From positions 512,001 to 576,000 of the forward strand of contig OZ242186.1 in NCBI GenBank assembly GCA_965205675.1: a stretch of 64,000 bases of DNA, given 5' to 3'. Below are positions 52,384-62,674 of the stretch, in pieces. The notes beneath the pieces are model-generated. The model did not search any database. It had not been told where the DNA came from and worked only from the letters and a program-made list of their open reading frames with translations. This DNA is from Nitrosopumilus sp. GTDB lineage: Archaea; Thermoproteota; Nitrososphaeria; Nitrososphaerales; Nitrosopumilaceae. How positions within the stretch are numbered: position 1 is the first letter of the stretch; each line of letters begins with the position of its first letter. The position numbers and the translations under genes are program-made.

Positions 52384-53703
52384 ATGACAAAATTTCAAGA
52401 TTTAGGATTAAACGACAAAGTACTGAAAGGTATTTCGGAGCAAGGTTTTGAAGAAGCGTTCCCAATACAAGAAGCAGTTATTCCCGTGTTACTTTCAGGT
52501 AGGGATGTTGTAGGACAAGCACATACAGGTTCTGGAAAAACAGCAGCATTTGCATTATCTATGTTACAAGAAATTCAACCAAAACAAGGAATTCAAGGAT
52601 TAATCATGGCTCCAACAAGAGAACTTGCCATGCAAATTAGCGATGAGATCAAAAAATTTGGAAAACATACTGGGATTAGAATTGCAACCGTTTATGGGGG
52701 ACAAGGAATGGGAATACAATTAGATGCACTACACAGAGGTGTAGAAATTGTTGTAGCTACTCCTGGAAGATTGATAGATCATCTCAAAAGAGGATCAATA
52801 GACCTAAGAGATATTTCCCACATTGTTCTTGATGAAGCAGACACCATGTTAGATATGGGATTTGTCGATGACATTCAATTTATTTTAGATTTAGCACCCG
52901 AAGACAGAGTAATGTCATTGTTTTCAGCAACAATGCCAACTGAAATTTTAAGACTGTCTGAAGATTATCTTACTAATCCAAAACAATTCTTGTTAGATGC
53001 AGATGATCTAAGTGGGGAAGGGATAGATCAATCATATTTGGTAATTAAGGATAGAGACAAATTCAAGTATCTGATTGATTTTATCAAACAAACAAAAAGA
53101 CAATCAATTGTTTTCTGTTCTACAAAATACAGAACTAGAGATGTTGCAAAGTTTTTGCATCAAGAAAAATTCAATGCAGTAGCTATAGAAGGAGACATGT
53201 CCCAACATAGAAGGGAGCAATCCATGGGTAAATTTAGAAGTGGTAAAGCAGATATTCTTGTAGCAACAGATGTGGCATCCAGAGGAATTGATGTTCCAAG
53301 AGTAGAATTAGTGGTGAATTACGATGTTCCAAACCAAGAGATGGCATATTTTCACAGAATTGGAAGAACCGCAAGAGCAGGTGCAAAAGGTAAAGCAGTA
53401 ACATTTGTTTCATATTCATCTGTAGGAGATTGGAATCTAATCAAAAGACAAATCAAAGTACCACTTACAGACTTAAATCAAGAAATGGGAATTCAAATTT
53501 CAATCCCAGATCCTCTAAAAAGGCAAACTCCATCAAGAAGATATGGTGGACAATCAAGATCTAATTATTCCAGAGGAGGGCGTTCTGGAGGATATGGCGG
53601 ATCACATAGAGGAGGAAATCCTAGAGACGATCGAGGGGGAAGAAGAAGAACTAGTAATAGAGACGGAAATAAAAATAGCTACGGCGGACGTAGTAGATGG
53701 TAA
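52384..53703 (+). CDS. DEAD-box RNA helicase with RGG-rich tail
   Basis: Q motif, TGSGKT, PTRELA, DEAD, SAT, HRIGRTAR. Confidence 0.95.
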   Translation: MTKFQDLGLNDKVLKGISEQGFEEAFPIQEAVIPVLLSGRDVVGQAHTGSGKTAAFALSMLQEIQPKQGIQGLIMAPTRELAMQISDEIKKFGKHTGIRIATVYGGQGMGIQLDALHRGVEIVVATPGRLIDHLKRGSIDLRDISHIVLDEADTMLDMGFVDDIQFILDLAPEDRVMSLFSATMPTEILRLSEDYLTNPKQFLLDADDLSGEGIDQSYLVIKDRDKFKYLIDFIKQTKRQSIVFCSTKYRTRDVAKFLHQEKFNAVAIEGDMSQHRREQSMGKFRSGKADILVATDVASRGIDVPRVELVVNYDVPNQEMAYFHRIGRTARAGAKGKAVTFVSYSSVGDWNLIKRQIKVPLTDLNQEMGIQISIPDPLKRQTPSRRYGGQSRSNYSRGGRSGGYGGSHRGGNPRDDRGGRRRTSNRDGNKNSYGGRSRW

Positions 53704-53753
53704 GACTGTAAAACTTAAAGACTTGAACTTTATGATTAATTTAAGGTAAACAA

Positions 53754-53987
53754 ATGCACAAAGGATTCATTTTATTAAATTGTGATCTAGGGGCAGAAGA
53801 ATACATTGTAGATAAGTTAAAACAAATGGAGAATATTAGTAATGCATATCTTACTTTTGGTGCATATGATGTAATTGCAGAAATTCAAACAGAAAACCAA
53901 GAAGGATTTGAAAAAGTAATTGCAATGATTAGAAAACTTTCTAGGGTGGTAAGTACAATGACCCTAAATGTCATAAATCCAGAATAA
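53754..53987 (+). CDS. Lrp/AsnC ligand-binding (RAM) domain protein
   Basis: GFILLNC...TFGAYDVIAEI...IRKL..V.STMTL. Confidence 0.85.
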   Translation: MHKGFILLNCDLGAEEYIVDKLKQMENISNAYLTFGAYDVIAEIQTENQEGFEKVIAMIRKLSRVVSTMTLNVINPE

Positions 53988-54141
53988 TAATTCAAGATAG
54001 TGATTTCAGACGATCAATTCATCATTATGATCTTAAAAAATTAAATAGAATAAAGAAATGGCTCAGATCAAAGCCCTCTCATCATGAGTTGACTTTCAAA
54101 CAAAACGCTTCTTAACGTTGAGCCTTTATTTTTCATAACTA

Positions 54142-55262
54142 TAACCATAACCATATGTGCCAAAATCAGCTAGGAAATTAGATGGTACTTGCATTCGTGC
54201 CAAAACTCACAAGAAGACTAGAACTGCCAACAAACACATTACCTTACCTACCTGAAAGAAAATATTTGATGTTTGTAGGATTGGATGGTCACAAAAACTC
54301 TGTATAGGTTGCAGCAATAGATAATATTGGCAAATTATTATTTAACAAAAAGATTTCCAGTGATTTTTTTGCTATTGATAAAATCGCGGCCGAAATTCCA
54401 AAGAATGCAAAATATGTCCTAGAGTCAATTATCTGTCTGGTATGGTTTGTACAGACACATGACAGGCAAATTACATCGTGATGTTGTATTATCAAATCCA
54501 TACAACACAAAGATAATTGCTGCATCCCTCAAAAAGACCGATAACATTGATGTGTATCAACTTGCAAATCTGTTACGAGGAGGGTATTGCAGAATTATTT
54601 GTATCAGATCATACTATTGTGTAATACAGACAGCTTGTAAGACATCGACACAAGATTATACGCGTTATTGTAAAGATGAAGAATTCCATACATGGCATTA
54701 CACTACAGAAGGGAATCCATATTAAAGCGACACCCTTCTTCTCAACACATACGAGCCACTTGGAAATCTGAAAAGTTACAGAGTAGACTCGTATCTGCAA
54801 AGCATAGGATTTCACAAAAAAGAGGTTGCAAAAATAGATTCCATGATACGCCGTATGGTGATTGGAAATCATGATGTGCATATTTTGACATCAATGCTTG
54901 ATGTTGGACCCTATACTGCATTGACCATATTTTCAGAGATTGCAGACATTGAGAGATTTGCTGATTCCCACAAACTGTGCGCATATGCAGGAGTTGTTCC
55001 ATCAGGCGTGAAATTCTGCAGATACAATACACCATGGCAGTATAACAAAACGAGGAAGCATGACATTGAGATAGGTTCTAACAGAATGCATTCACATTCA
55101 TGCAATCCATGCTAAAAACAACGACATTACAAAATTTTATAATCGCATAAAAAAGAAGAGAGGGACATCAAAGGCTGCCGTAGCTTGTGCATCAAAGATA
55201 CTGCGAATCATATACTGGATGTTAAAGGAGAGAAGAGAGTTTGTGGAACATTATAGTTAGGA
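54142..55262 (+). mobile_element. IS110-family element copy A (multiply frameshifted pseudogene)
   Basis: Homologous to 58761-59888 in inverted orientation; fragments MFVGLD, LSNPYNTK, KKTD, GPYTAL, KLCAYAGVVP, KKRGTSKAAVA. Confidence 0.88.
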
Positions 55263-55371
55263 CTGCTTGTTCTATATTGATAATAAGGATCTTGTTTAGA
55301 ATTGATACAAAAGCTTACAGTTCCTATTTGGCTATTATTTCATATTATTATACTAAGATAAAGTAATCTGA

Positions 55372-55794
55372 TTATACTAGATGGTTAGAATTTGGAATTA
55401 CTTTGTAGATTTTTACAATATATTCTCCTTCAAAAATATTTACAAACTCTCCTGTATTGGAATCTAGGTTTCTTACTCTGAATTTGTATTCGTAAGATCC
55501 ATCTCCTTTTACATCTACTTGGGCAAAGTGTACTGGGTCTTCTCCTTTGTAAAATTGGATGACTACTGGATATCTTTCAGCATATTCTGATGCCTCTCCT
55601 CTTACAGTTCCCCATGGGAGTGTATTTTCTTTAGGTATTGTCATTACAGTTGTTGTTTTTTCCAAACTAATCTCCTCATCAATTGGAGTAACTGCAACTT
55701 GATTTGATTCTGCAACAATATCTTCTGGTACCATCATCATTCCTACTACTGCCATAATTGATACTACTAATAGAACACTTGATTTTGTATGCAT
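55372..55794 (-). CDS. Secreted hypothetical protein
   Basis: Signal peptide; beta-rich domain. Confidence 0.7.
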   Translation of the reverse strand: MHTKSSVLLVVSIMAVVGMMMVPEDIVAESNQVAVTPIDEEISLEKTTTVMTIPKENTLPWGTVRGEASEYAERYPVVIQFYKGEDPVHFAQVDVKGDGSYEYKFRVRNLDSNTGEFVNIFEGEYIVKIYKVIPNSNHLV

Positions 55795-55855
55795 ATATCA
55801 TTACTTTCCAAAGCTACTTAAAAAATTTGTTACTAATTTGTTCTATTTTCATTCC

Positions 55856-56320
55856 TAGTTATGATGATTCTTCTTCTAAATCACAACATATTTTGTATAT
55901 CCGTTGATCTTTGGAATTTTTCAATATTTCTTTCCTGTTTTGATCGCATCTCCATATTTCTCGTCAAATCTGGCTTTCATGAATTGATTATGCTTTTCAT
56001 TAATTTTAATCAGGCTTTATTTTCTCTTTGAATTATTTTTCTTTTGATTACATATGTATAATTCTCCCTCAAAATTAATCCTTTGAAATCCAATCCAAAA
56101 TTTTCTCTTTCTACCTGTCATATTTTTTATGATTTTTTACAAAATCTTTGATGGTGTTCGATATTGAATCAGATTCAGATTTTTCCTATTTTTGAGAATT
56201 ATTTGGAGTAGGATTTTTCTAGATATTTCTCCCTCAAATTTTCTTTGAAATACGTCCATAGGGTTGGTTGGTTCTTCAGATTTTAATGGTCACTATGGTC
56301 TTACTCTCTTTGAAATTTGT
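55856..56320 (-). pseudogene. Decayed gene of unknown identity
   Basis: One frame reads protein-like through several stops (...INFEGELYICNQ...KARFDEKYGDAIKTGKKY*KIPKINGYTKYVVI); boundaries approximate. Confidence 0.4.
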
Positions 56321-56400
56321 ATAATTGAGATGTTTTTTTATATTATTTTGTCTATTTTGAATATTTTTTTTCAGTTAGTATTTAATGATGTATATCTCTA

Positions 56401-57105
56401 ATGGATAGCATCATGGATGACTCTGCTGATGTTGTAGATGAAGTTAATGCATTACTCAAGCTTGGCGTGGGTGACTCGTATAGATTAGAGCATATCAAAC
56501 AGGCTTTTGTTCAAAACAAGATTATTTGGGTTACTGATGAGAATTATCTAAAACGCCTGAGAGAAAAATATCTTGTAAAACAAACCTCTGATATAGAATC
56601 TGATGGTGAAATTGTTTTTGAAAATGAACCTGAAGAAAAAGAAACCATCCATTGCTGGAAATGTGGTAAAAAAGGTCCGTTAAATGCTAATTTCTGTATG
56701 ACTTGTGGTACTTCAATATTTGAAATTGATGCCCCTTCTCATCTTATATCTAAATCAAATAGTTCTGGTCTTGTAAAGTCTATTCCATTAAAAATCCCCA
56801 TACTTGTAGGTATTCCGATTTTAATTTTAATAATTATTGGTGTAGGATATACTCAAGGTTATCTTGATAATGTTCTTGAGCGTTCATCCTCTAATGTAGT
56901 TCCCATTCCGACAGTTGTTGTAAATGATGGTGTTTCTTCTAGTAATGCTGATTCCCCATGTGGTCCTGGAACTGTGTTTGATTCTGTAACTAATTCTTGT
57001 GTCTTAGGAACTGCATCTACGTCTACTTCTAGTAATGCTGATTCCCCATGTGGTCTTGGAACTGTGTTTGATTCTGTAACTAATTCTTGTGTTTTAGATA
57101 ATTAA
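56401..57105 (+). CDS. Zinc-ribbon, single-TM protein with two C-terminal CGxGT repeats
   Basis: CWKC...CMTC, TM helix, two SPCGxGTVFDSVTNSCVL units. Confidence 0.8.
   Translation: MDSIMDDSADVVDEVNALLKLGVGDSYRLEHIKQAFVQNKIIWVTDENYLKRLREKYLVKQTSDIESDGEIVFENEPEEKETIHCWKCGKKGPLNANFCMTCGTSIFEIDAPSHLISKSNSSGLVKSIPLKIPILVGIPILILIIIGVGYTQGYLDNVLERSSSNVVPIPTVVVNDGVSSSNADSPCGPGTVFDSVTNSCVLGTASTSTSSNADSPCGLGTVFDSVTNSCVLDN
56936..57092 (+). repeat. Intragenic 67-bp direct repeat, period 90 bp, one mismatch
   Basis: 56936-57002 vs 57026-57092 (CCT/CTT difference). Confidence 0.88.
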
Positions 57106-57192
57106 CAATTATTAAAACAAATTCCACAGATTGGAGTGGACTCCTGTTTTTAGTACCACTTTTTGCATAATCTTACATACAGTCTGATTCAT

Positions 57193-58014
57193 TTATGTTT
57201 TCATCTCCCACAACTCCATAAACTCATCAGGTATAAGATATCCCAATGCAGAATGAATCCTGGAACCATTGTAATCGATTCGTGCTTTCTCTAGAGCAAC
57301 TTCGGCTTCCTGATAGTTTGCAAACTCGTACCTCCACAAGTATTCCTTCTTGAGTGTCTTGTGGAATGATTCGACATGTCCGTTTTGTTCTGGCGTGTGG
57401 TGCCAGATGAATTCGTGTCTTATTCCAAGTAGAACAACTGCTTTTCTGAAATCTCGGCTGTTGTATTGCGAACCGTTGTCAGTTCTGAGAATCAGTTTTG
57501 TGCAATCAGGCTTTGCAGTAGCTACTGCATTAATGATGCTGTCAATTGCAGTGCTCTTTGGAGCTGCCACATCAAATGAATGCCAAATCCATTTCCTGCT
57601 AAATGCATCAATCACGTTAAAGCAGTAGCACCATCTGTCAACCCCACACCAGACATATGTGATGTCTGTCTGCCACAACTGGTTTGGTGCATCAGGCTTG
57701 AATAATGTTCTGGCAGATTTGATGATGTCATTTTTGGTCTTTTTAGGCTCAATCCAGCCCAATTTGTGAAATATTCTTCTGATTTGTTTTCTGTTTACAG
57801 GCTTGTTCAGTTCCCTTGAGACTTGGGATGCCATGCGTCTGGTTCCATAAGTTGGCCTTTGTTTTCCAATCTTTTGAACTACATCAGTTACTGCAGGATC
57901 TGTCTGAATCCTTCTTGGTGACTTTGAGTAATACCATTTGGATTTTGAGACTCCAATTAATAACAATGACTTGTTCAAACTGATGTGTTTGTTCAGTTGA
58001 TTCACTGCAGTCAT
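57193..58014 (-). CDS. IS3 OrfB integrase-core transposase
   Basis: YGTRRM, WQTDITY, IDAFSR, TDNGSQY, PEQNGHVESFHKTLKKE, HSALGY. Confidence 0.93.
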   Translation of the reverse strand: MTAVNQLNKHISLNKSLLLIGVSKSKWYYSKSPRRIQTDPAVTDVVQKIGKQRPTYGTRRMASQVSRELNKPVNRKQIRRIFHKLGWIEPKKTKNDIIKSARTLFKPDAPNQLWQTDITYVWCGVDRWCYCFNVIDAFSRKWIWHSFDVAAPKSTAIDSIINAVATAKPDCTKLILRTDNGSQYNSRDFRKAVVLLGIRHEFIWHHTPEQNGHVESFHKTLKKEYLWRYEFANYQEAEVALEKARIDYNGSRIHSALGYLIPDEFMELWEMKT

Positions 58015-58301
58015 CTTTTCTGGTTCTCCAACGTTTTTTTTAAAATGTCATTGGCAATTGTGATCTCGCCGATTAGTTTTTTGAGGGAATCATTTTCCTT
58101 TTGCAGATTCTTGCAGACATCTCCGTTTGGTGTGCCATTTAATGATGCCTTGCCACCTTCTACAAATCGTTCCCTCCATTGGTAGAATGTCTGTGGATGA
58201 ATATTGTACTTTCTGCACAACTCTGCAGTTGCAATGTTTGTGTTTAGTGACTCTAAAACCACTCTTGACTTTTCTGCTGATGTGAATTTGCTCTTTACCA
58301 T
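58011..58301 (-). CDS. IS3 OrfA (HTH + leucine zipper)
   Basis: KFTSAEK...AELCRKYNIHPQTFYQWRERF...LQKENDSLKKLIGE; A8 slippery run near the 3' end. Confidence 0.9.
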   Translation of the reverse strand: MVKSKFTSAEKSRVVLESLNTNIATAELCRKYNIHPQTFYQWRERFVEGGKASLNGTPNGDVCKNLQKENDSLKKLIGEITIANDILKKTLENQKR

Positions 58302-58373
58302 GAGGGTAAGCCTCCCAAGTTATCTGAAAAGTGTATGTATGCTACCGGTCCTACTCTAGAGGGGACCAGACCA

Positions 58374-58593
58374 CATCCATTATTGCTACTTGAAGAAACT
58401 TCTTGTGCAGGTCAATACCCACAAACATGCCTTTCTTTGGATTTTTTCTAATCTGTTTGTTTGTAATCTTTTTTGGAGCCGAGTATTTACGAACCTTGGA
58501 ACTAGATTCATTTTTTATGCTATCTGATTTCCTTGCTTTCTTATTCACATATCCATGTGAATCCCTTTTAACTATTGTCGGTATTTTTGCCAT
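58374..58593 (-). pseudogene. 5' fragment of a different IS110 transposase, truncated by the IS3
   Basis: MFVGIDLHKKFLQVAIMD then runs into the IS3 end; the remainder is not found on the other side. Confidence 0.8.
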
Positions 58594-58629
58594 ATTAATT
58601 ACAGCTTACGCTAATACACTCATACTTTC

Positions 58630-59888
58630 AATCACAGATGAAACCAGACACATATCCATTCGGGGTTCTCCCCCAGTACCATCTTCATCCATTTATTAGG
58701 TGAAACCGCGGTTATAGTTTCGAGGTATTATGCATCCTCAATGTGAAAACGCGGCCAAACTCCTAACTGTAATGTTTTACAAATTATTGATGACATTGAA
58801 TAAATTCTCTCCTCTCTTTTAGCATCCAATAAATGACACGCAATAACTTTGATGCAGCAGCAACTGCTGCCTTTGAGGTCCCTCTCTTTTTCTTAATGCG
58901 ATTATAAAATTTTGTAATGTCGCTATCTAGTGCGTATCTAACATGTGCATGAATTGCCTCCACTAGCAACCATCTTAGCATGGTGCTTCCTCTCTTTGTA
59001 ATTCTTCCGTGATGTATTGTATCTGCAGAATTTCTCACCGATGGAACAATCCCTGCATATGCACATAACTTGTGAGAATTTGAAAATCTACTAATCTCTG
59101 CAATTTCTGAGAATATGCTCAATGCAGTGTATGGTCCAACTCCAGGTGTGGATATCAAAATACACACATCAGGATTATCATTTACCATGCGACGTATCAT
59201 GGAATCTATCTTTGCAACCTCCTTTTTGTGAAATTTTATGCTTTGTAGGTACGAATCTATTCTACAACTCTCCAATTTTCCAAGTGCACGTATGTGTTCT
59301 GAGGAAAATGGTGTTGCTTTGATATGGATTCCCTCCTGTAGTGTAATACCATGTATGGAATTCTTCATCTTTACAATGATGCGCACAATCTTGTGTCGAT
59401 GTCTTACAAGCTGTCTGTATTGCACAATTGTGTGATCTGGCACAAATGATTCTGCAATACCCTCCTCGTAGCAAATTTGCAAGATGGTACGCATCAATTT
59501 TATCAGTCTTTTTGAGTGATGATGCTATTATCTTTGTGTTGTATGGATTAGATAGTATAACATCAAGATGTAATTTGTCTGTCATGTGTCTATAAAGGCC
59601 ATACCCGACAGATGATGACTCTAAAACATATTTTGCGTTCTTTGGAATTTTAGATGTAATTTTGCTAATAGCAGAAAAATCACTGGAAATCTTTTTGTTA
59701 AATAATAATTTGCCAATCTCATCTACTGCTGCCACCTGTACAGAGTTCTTGTGAACATCCAATCCTACAAACATCAAATACTTTTTTTCAGGAAGGGTAG
59801 TGTGTTTGTTTGCATTTCTTACTTTCTTGATACGAATGCAAGTACCTTCTAATTTCCTAGATGATTTTGGCACATATGGTTATGGTTA
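58630..59888 (-). mobile_element. IS110-family element copy B (transposase ~59774-58784, one frameshift near 59458, plus 3' non-coding region)
   Basis: DEDD residues GLDVH, VLESS, KTDKID in frame 1; PGVGPYTA, KLCAYAGIVPSVRNSA, AAVAAASKL in frame 2; left boundary approximate. Confidence 0.9.
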
Positions 59889-60018
59889 CCAGTACCTCTC
59901 TTGTCAATAGTTTTCATTTATCTATTAATTATGACTAATTGCTATTAGTTGTAATTAGTCAGCATGGTTCCACTTCCTCCTGCAAGATGCGGTGGGCTGT
60001 GCTGACTTTAAGAAATAA

Positions 60019-60243
60019 TCAAGGTTTCAAATAACATTGCAGAAAATCATCATACACCAAATCATCAACTGAACCAAACCCCATTGCCTCATAGTCACTA
60101 GGCCAGACACAGGGTCCTGCTGCAATACCGTAAATCAAAATGAAAATTAACCATTTGAAATAATACAATAACAGAATAGATACAATGATCAAAAAAGAAA
60201 AAAAGAGGATGCGTCTAGTAGTTATCATGCCAGGGTGTGCCAT
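60019..60243 (-). CDS. Small membrane protein
   Basis: Hydrophobic N-half plus Cys pair. Confidence 0.45.
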   Translation of the reverse strand: MAHPGMITTRRILFFSFLIIVSILLLYYFKWLIFILIYGIAAGPCVWPSDYEAMGFGSVDDLVYDDFLQCYLKP

Positions 60244-60434
60244 TTTTTATATAGATTTAACACATCATCATTGTAAATAGATACATTGTTACGTTTGAAT
60301 CGATTTAATTTTTCAAATATCGAACTTTCCAAAACTGATCTCATCTTTTCATTGGTTTTACCAATCGTGGCTTGTTCCAGTACGGACTGTTGCATCCCCT
60401 GCAATTCTGCGGGATCTCCTTCGGAGTTGTCCAT
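60225..60434 (-). CDS. Hypothetical protein or gene fragment
   Basis: Short ORF overlapping the next one; no recognisable motif. Confidence 0.3.
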   Translation of the reverse strand: MDNSEGDPAELQGMQQSVLEQATIGKTNEKMRSVLESSIFEKLNRFKRNNVSIYNDDVLNLYKKWHTLA

Positions 60435-60507
60435 TTATGACCGCATCTCTCACACTTGTGATTCCATACTGTTATTTTCGTCTTCGTATTCATGTTTTTT
60501 GATATAG

Positions 60508-60759
60508 TAGACGTCTTGCGTAATTACAAACAAAATCTTATCTTTCATTGAATTTAATTTCAAATAATCTCTGACATTCTTTAGAATTACATCAAACTAC
60601 TGTCTAGTCACTCCGGTGTATGCGAGAAATACCTTTTGGTTTTTTTGAGAGTTGCTTGTGTGTTGACATGAAATGAAGTAGATTATTCTTAGCTTTGGAT
60701 CTTGTTGTGAAGGAATCTGTGCTATATGGTAAAATATGTCTAATTGTGCAAGAGGTCTA
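60508..60759 (-). mobile_element. MITE derived from an IS5/ISL2-like element, complete copy
   Basis: TIRs TAGACGTCTTGCGTAATTA / TAATTGTGCAAGAGGTCTA; internal remnant MSTHKQLSKK..VFLAYTGVTRQ*FDVIL resembles an ISL2-group transposase N-terminus. Confidence 0.8.
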
Positions 60760-61083
60760 TTAATTAGGGAAATTTGCATAAATATACAAAAATGATAAAC
60801 CTGTTATAACTAACAATACAACAAAACATCCAATAATAGACAAGCTAACCTTTACCCACATATGCATATGAGTTCGGAATCTCTCAGTTGCAACAAATAT
60901 CATAATGAGAGGTATGATAACTAACAATGCCCCTACAGGTAGTACAAACACACTCATAGGATAAAACACATCATCAGCCACCAGTGGTTCATGATCTATG
61001 AGGCTATCTTGAATGAAAATAAACAAAAATATAAAATAAAGAGACAAGAATATCAGAAAAACAGTTATTGTTGTAATTTTCAA
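60760..61083 (-). CDS. Three-TM membrane protein
   Basis: Three hydrophobic segments; stop codon abuts the MITE. Confidence 0.6.
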   Translation of the reverse strand: MKITTITVFLIFLSLYFIFLFIFIQDSLIDHEPLVADDVFYPMSVFVLPVGALLVIIPLIMIFVATERFRTHMHMWVKVSLSIIGCFVVLLVITGLSFLYIYANFPN

Positions 61084-61091
61084 AAGTATTA

Positions 61092-61649
61092 TTATCTAGT
61101 TGATGATGCTCGTTGTTCTTTCACAGAATTTATTATAACATCAAGCATTTTTTCTGGTATATTTTTGTCAGAATCAACATTAACATACATACCATTTTCT
61201 AAAATATATTTACCATGCTGTAACCCAGCAACATAGTAATTATTACCGTAAATGCTATTAGGTTCTTTTTCACTAACAAAGATAAAAATTTCATCTCCAA
61301 CTACAAATGAAGGTGAATTCTTATACACCATATTATAATCATTATTTAATCCACCCAAAACCCTAACAGTTATTGTATCTTGTTTATATTTTCCATTGAA
61401 ATCACCAGGATGATTTGTATAATGTCTCATTGCAGATTGAAACTCACTTTTAACAATTGAAAAATTACCTGTAGAACCATCGACATTTAATTGATTTAGA
61501 CTTGTATAATGGAAATAAAAATCAGCTCTGCCATTTTCAAGAGTTCCACCTTCAGCAGGGGTAGCTGCAAAAGAATCTGCTGGAACAAAAATCAAACTTA
61601 ATAATGTAATGATTGAAATTGATAAGATTATAGAAGTTATATTTTTCAA
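61092..61649 (-). CDS. Secreted hypothetical protein
   Basis: Signal peptide; ITVRVLGG...SPSFVVGDEIFIFV...YYVAGLQHGKY. Confidence 0.7.
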   Translation of the reverse strand: MKNITSIILSISIITLLSLIFVPADSFAATPAEGGTLENGRADFYFHYTSLNQLNVDGSTGNFSIVKSEFQSAMRHYTNHPGDFNGKYKQDTITVRVLGGLNNDYNMVYKNSPSFVVGDEIFIFVSEKEPNSIYGNNYYVAGLQHGKYILENGMYVNVDSDKNIPEKMLDVIINSVKEQRASSTR

Positions 61650-61903
61650 TAATATAGGAAAAAAAATACACTATTAAAATATTGAGATCATACTCAAATT
61701 GGGCTAATTGTACGACTCATCTAGTGAACCTCAATTGAGATACTCAAATGGTTCTTTAGATTATTTGTAATACAAATGAAAAGCAAAATTATTTTCTAGA
61801 GTATGTCAGGTAGGCACTTTCCCATCTACTGAGAATTGAATAATTCTTTGGGGTTGAAAATGAATTATAAACTGTGAACTATCCAAGTCAAATGTAAAGA
61901 ATC

Positions 61904-62223
61904 TTATTTTTGCTTGATACATATTTGACGTATGTATTCTTGAAGATCTGGGGATATAGAAATCTTCTTTCCATCTAGTATGACGTCGTTTTCTCGCATG
62001 TGTGCTATCCTTTTTTGGAGATATGTTTTGGAGATTTTTGTGTGTGCACTAATCTGAGATGTAGTGTGAATTGCATCGTGTACGGTACAGCACAAAGCAG
62101 ACACATCGTATCTGTTTACCTTTAGATTATACGTACATTTTATTTTATCTTGTATTTTTTTCCAACAGTCTACATCTTTATGATTTCTAGAACATATATG
62201 CAAAAGTATTGCATTTCTAATCA
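61904..62223 (-). CDS. Possible winged-helix protein (C-terminal part of the 61904-62539 ORF)
   Basis: TTSQISAHTKISKTYLQKRIAHM resembles an HTH; start uncertain. Confidence 0.35.
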
Positions 62224-62674
62224 TCGCAAATCCTGAGAATATGAAAAACATCTGTGCAAGTATTAAAAACAAAAGTATCGTATACGAATTCCAAAAATAA
62301 ACTCTGAGATCAAAGGATTCAGGATATGATTTGACTGATCGGTCATCTGATAAAATTATTGCAGATACTATGTTATTATCAGTGGAATCTATCGCATTAA
62401 AAACACACTTGATTCCAGGAGACATTCGTAAAAATTCCAGATGGAAAAGACTTAAGATCTGGTTCAGGTAATAAAAAACCAGATGTTGATAACGATATGG
62501 AAACAATAGCATTTGATAAATATCAAATAGTGTTGCCAAAAGGAGACCTACAAAAGGAATGGGACAAATTGAAAAAATACATGGACATCAAGCTTGAGGA
62601 TTACAAGTATGAAGAACCACAATCAAGTTTAGGTGAAATAGAAAGTATTGAAGAATCCCTAGAAGAATAATCTA

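Larger units (their letters stand above)
57132..58373 (-). mobile_element. IS3-family insertion sequence, ~1242 bp
   Basis: TG...CA ends, imperfect ~27-bp IRs (TGGAGTGGACTCCTGTTTTTAGTACC vs TGGTCTGGTCCCCTCTAGAGTAGGACC), orfA/orfB; flanks GAT/CAT differ. Confidence 0.88.

Noticed and set aside
62224-62539. N-terminal half of the 211-aa ORF 61904-62539
   Set aside because: Looks like antisense read-through of a + strand gene tail (about 62437-62670, ...KKYMDIKLEDYKYEEP...) whose identity I could not determine.
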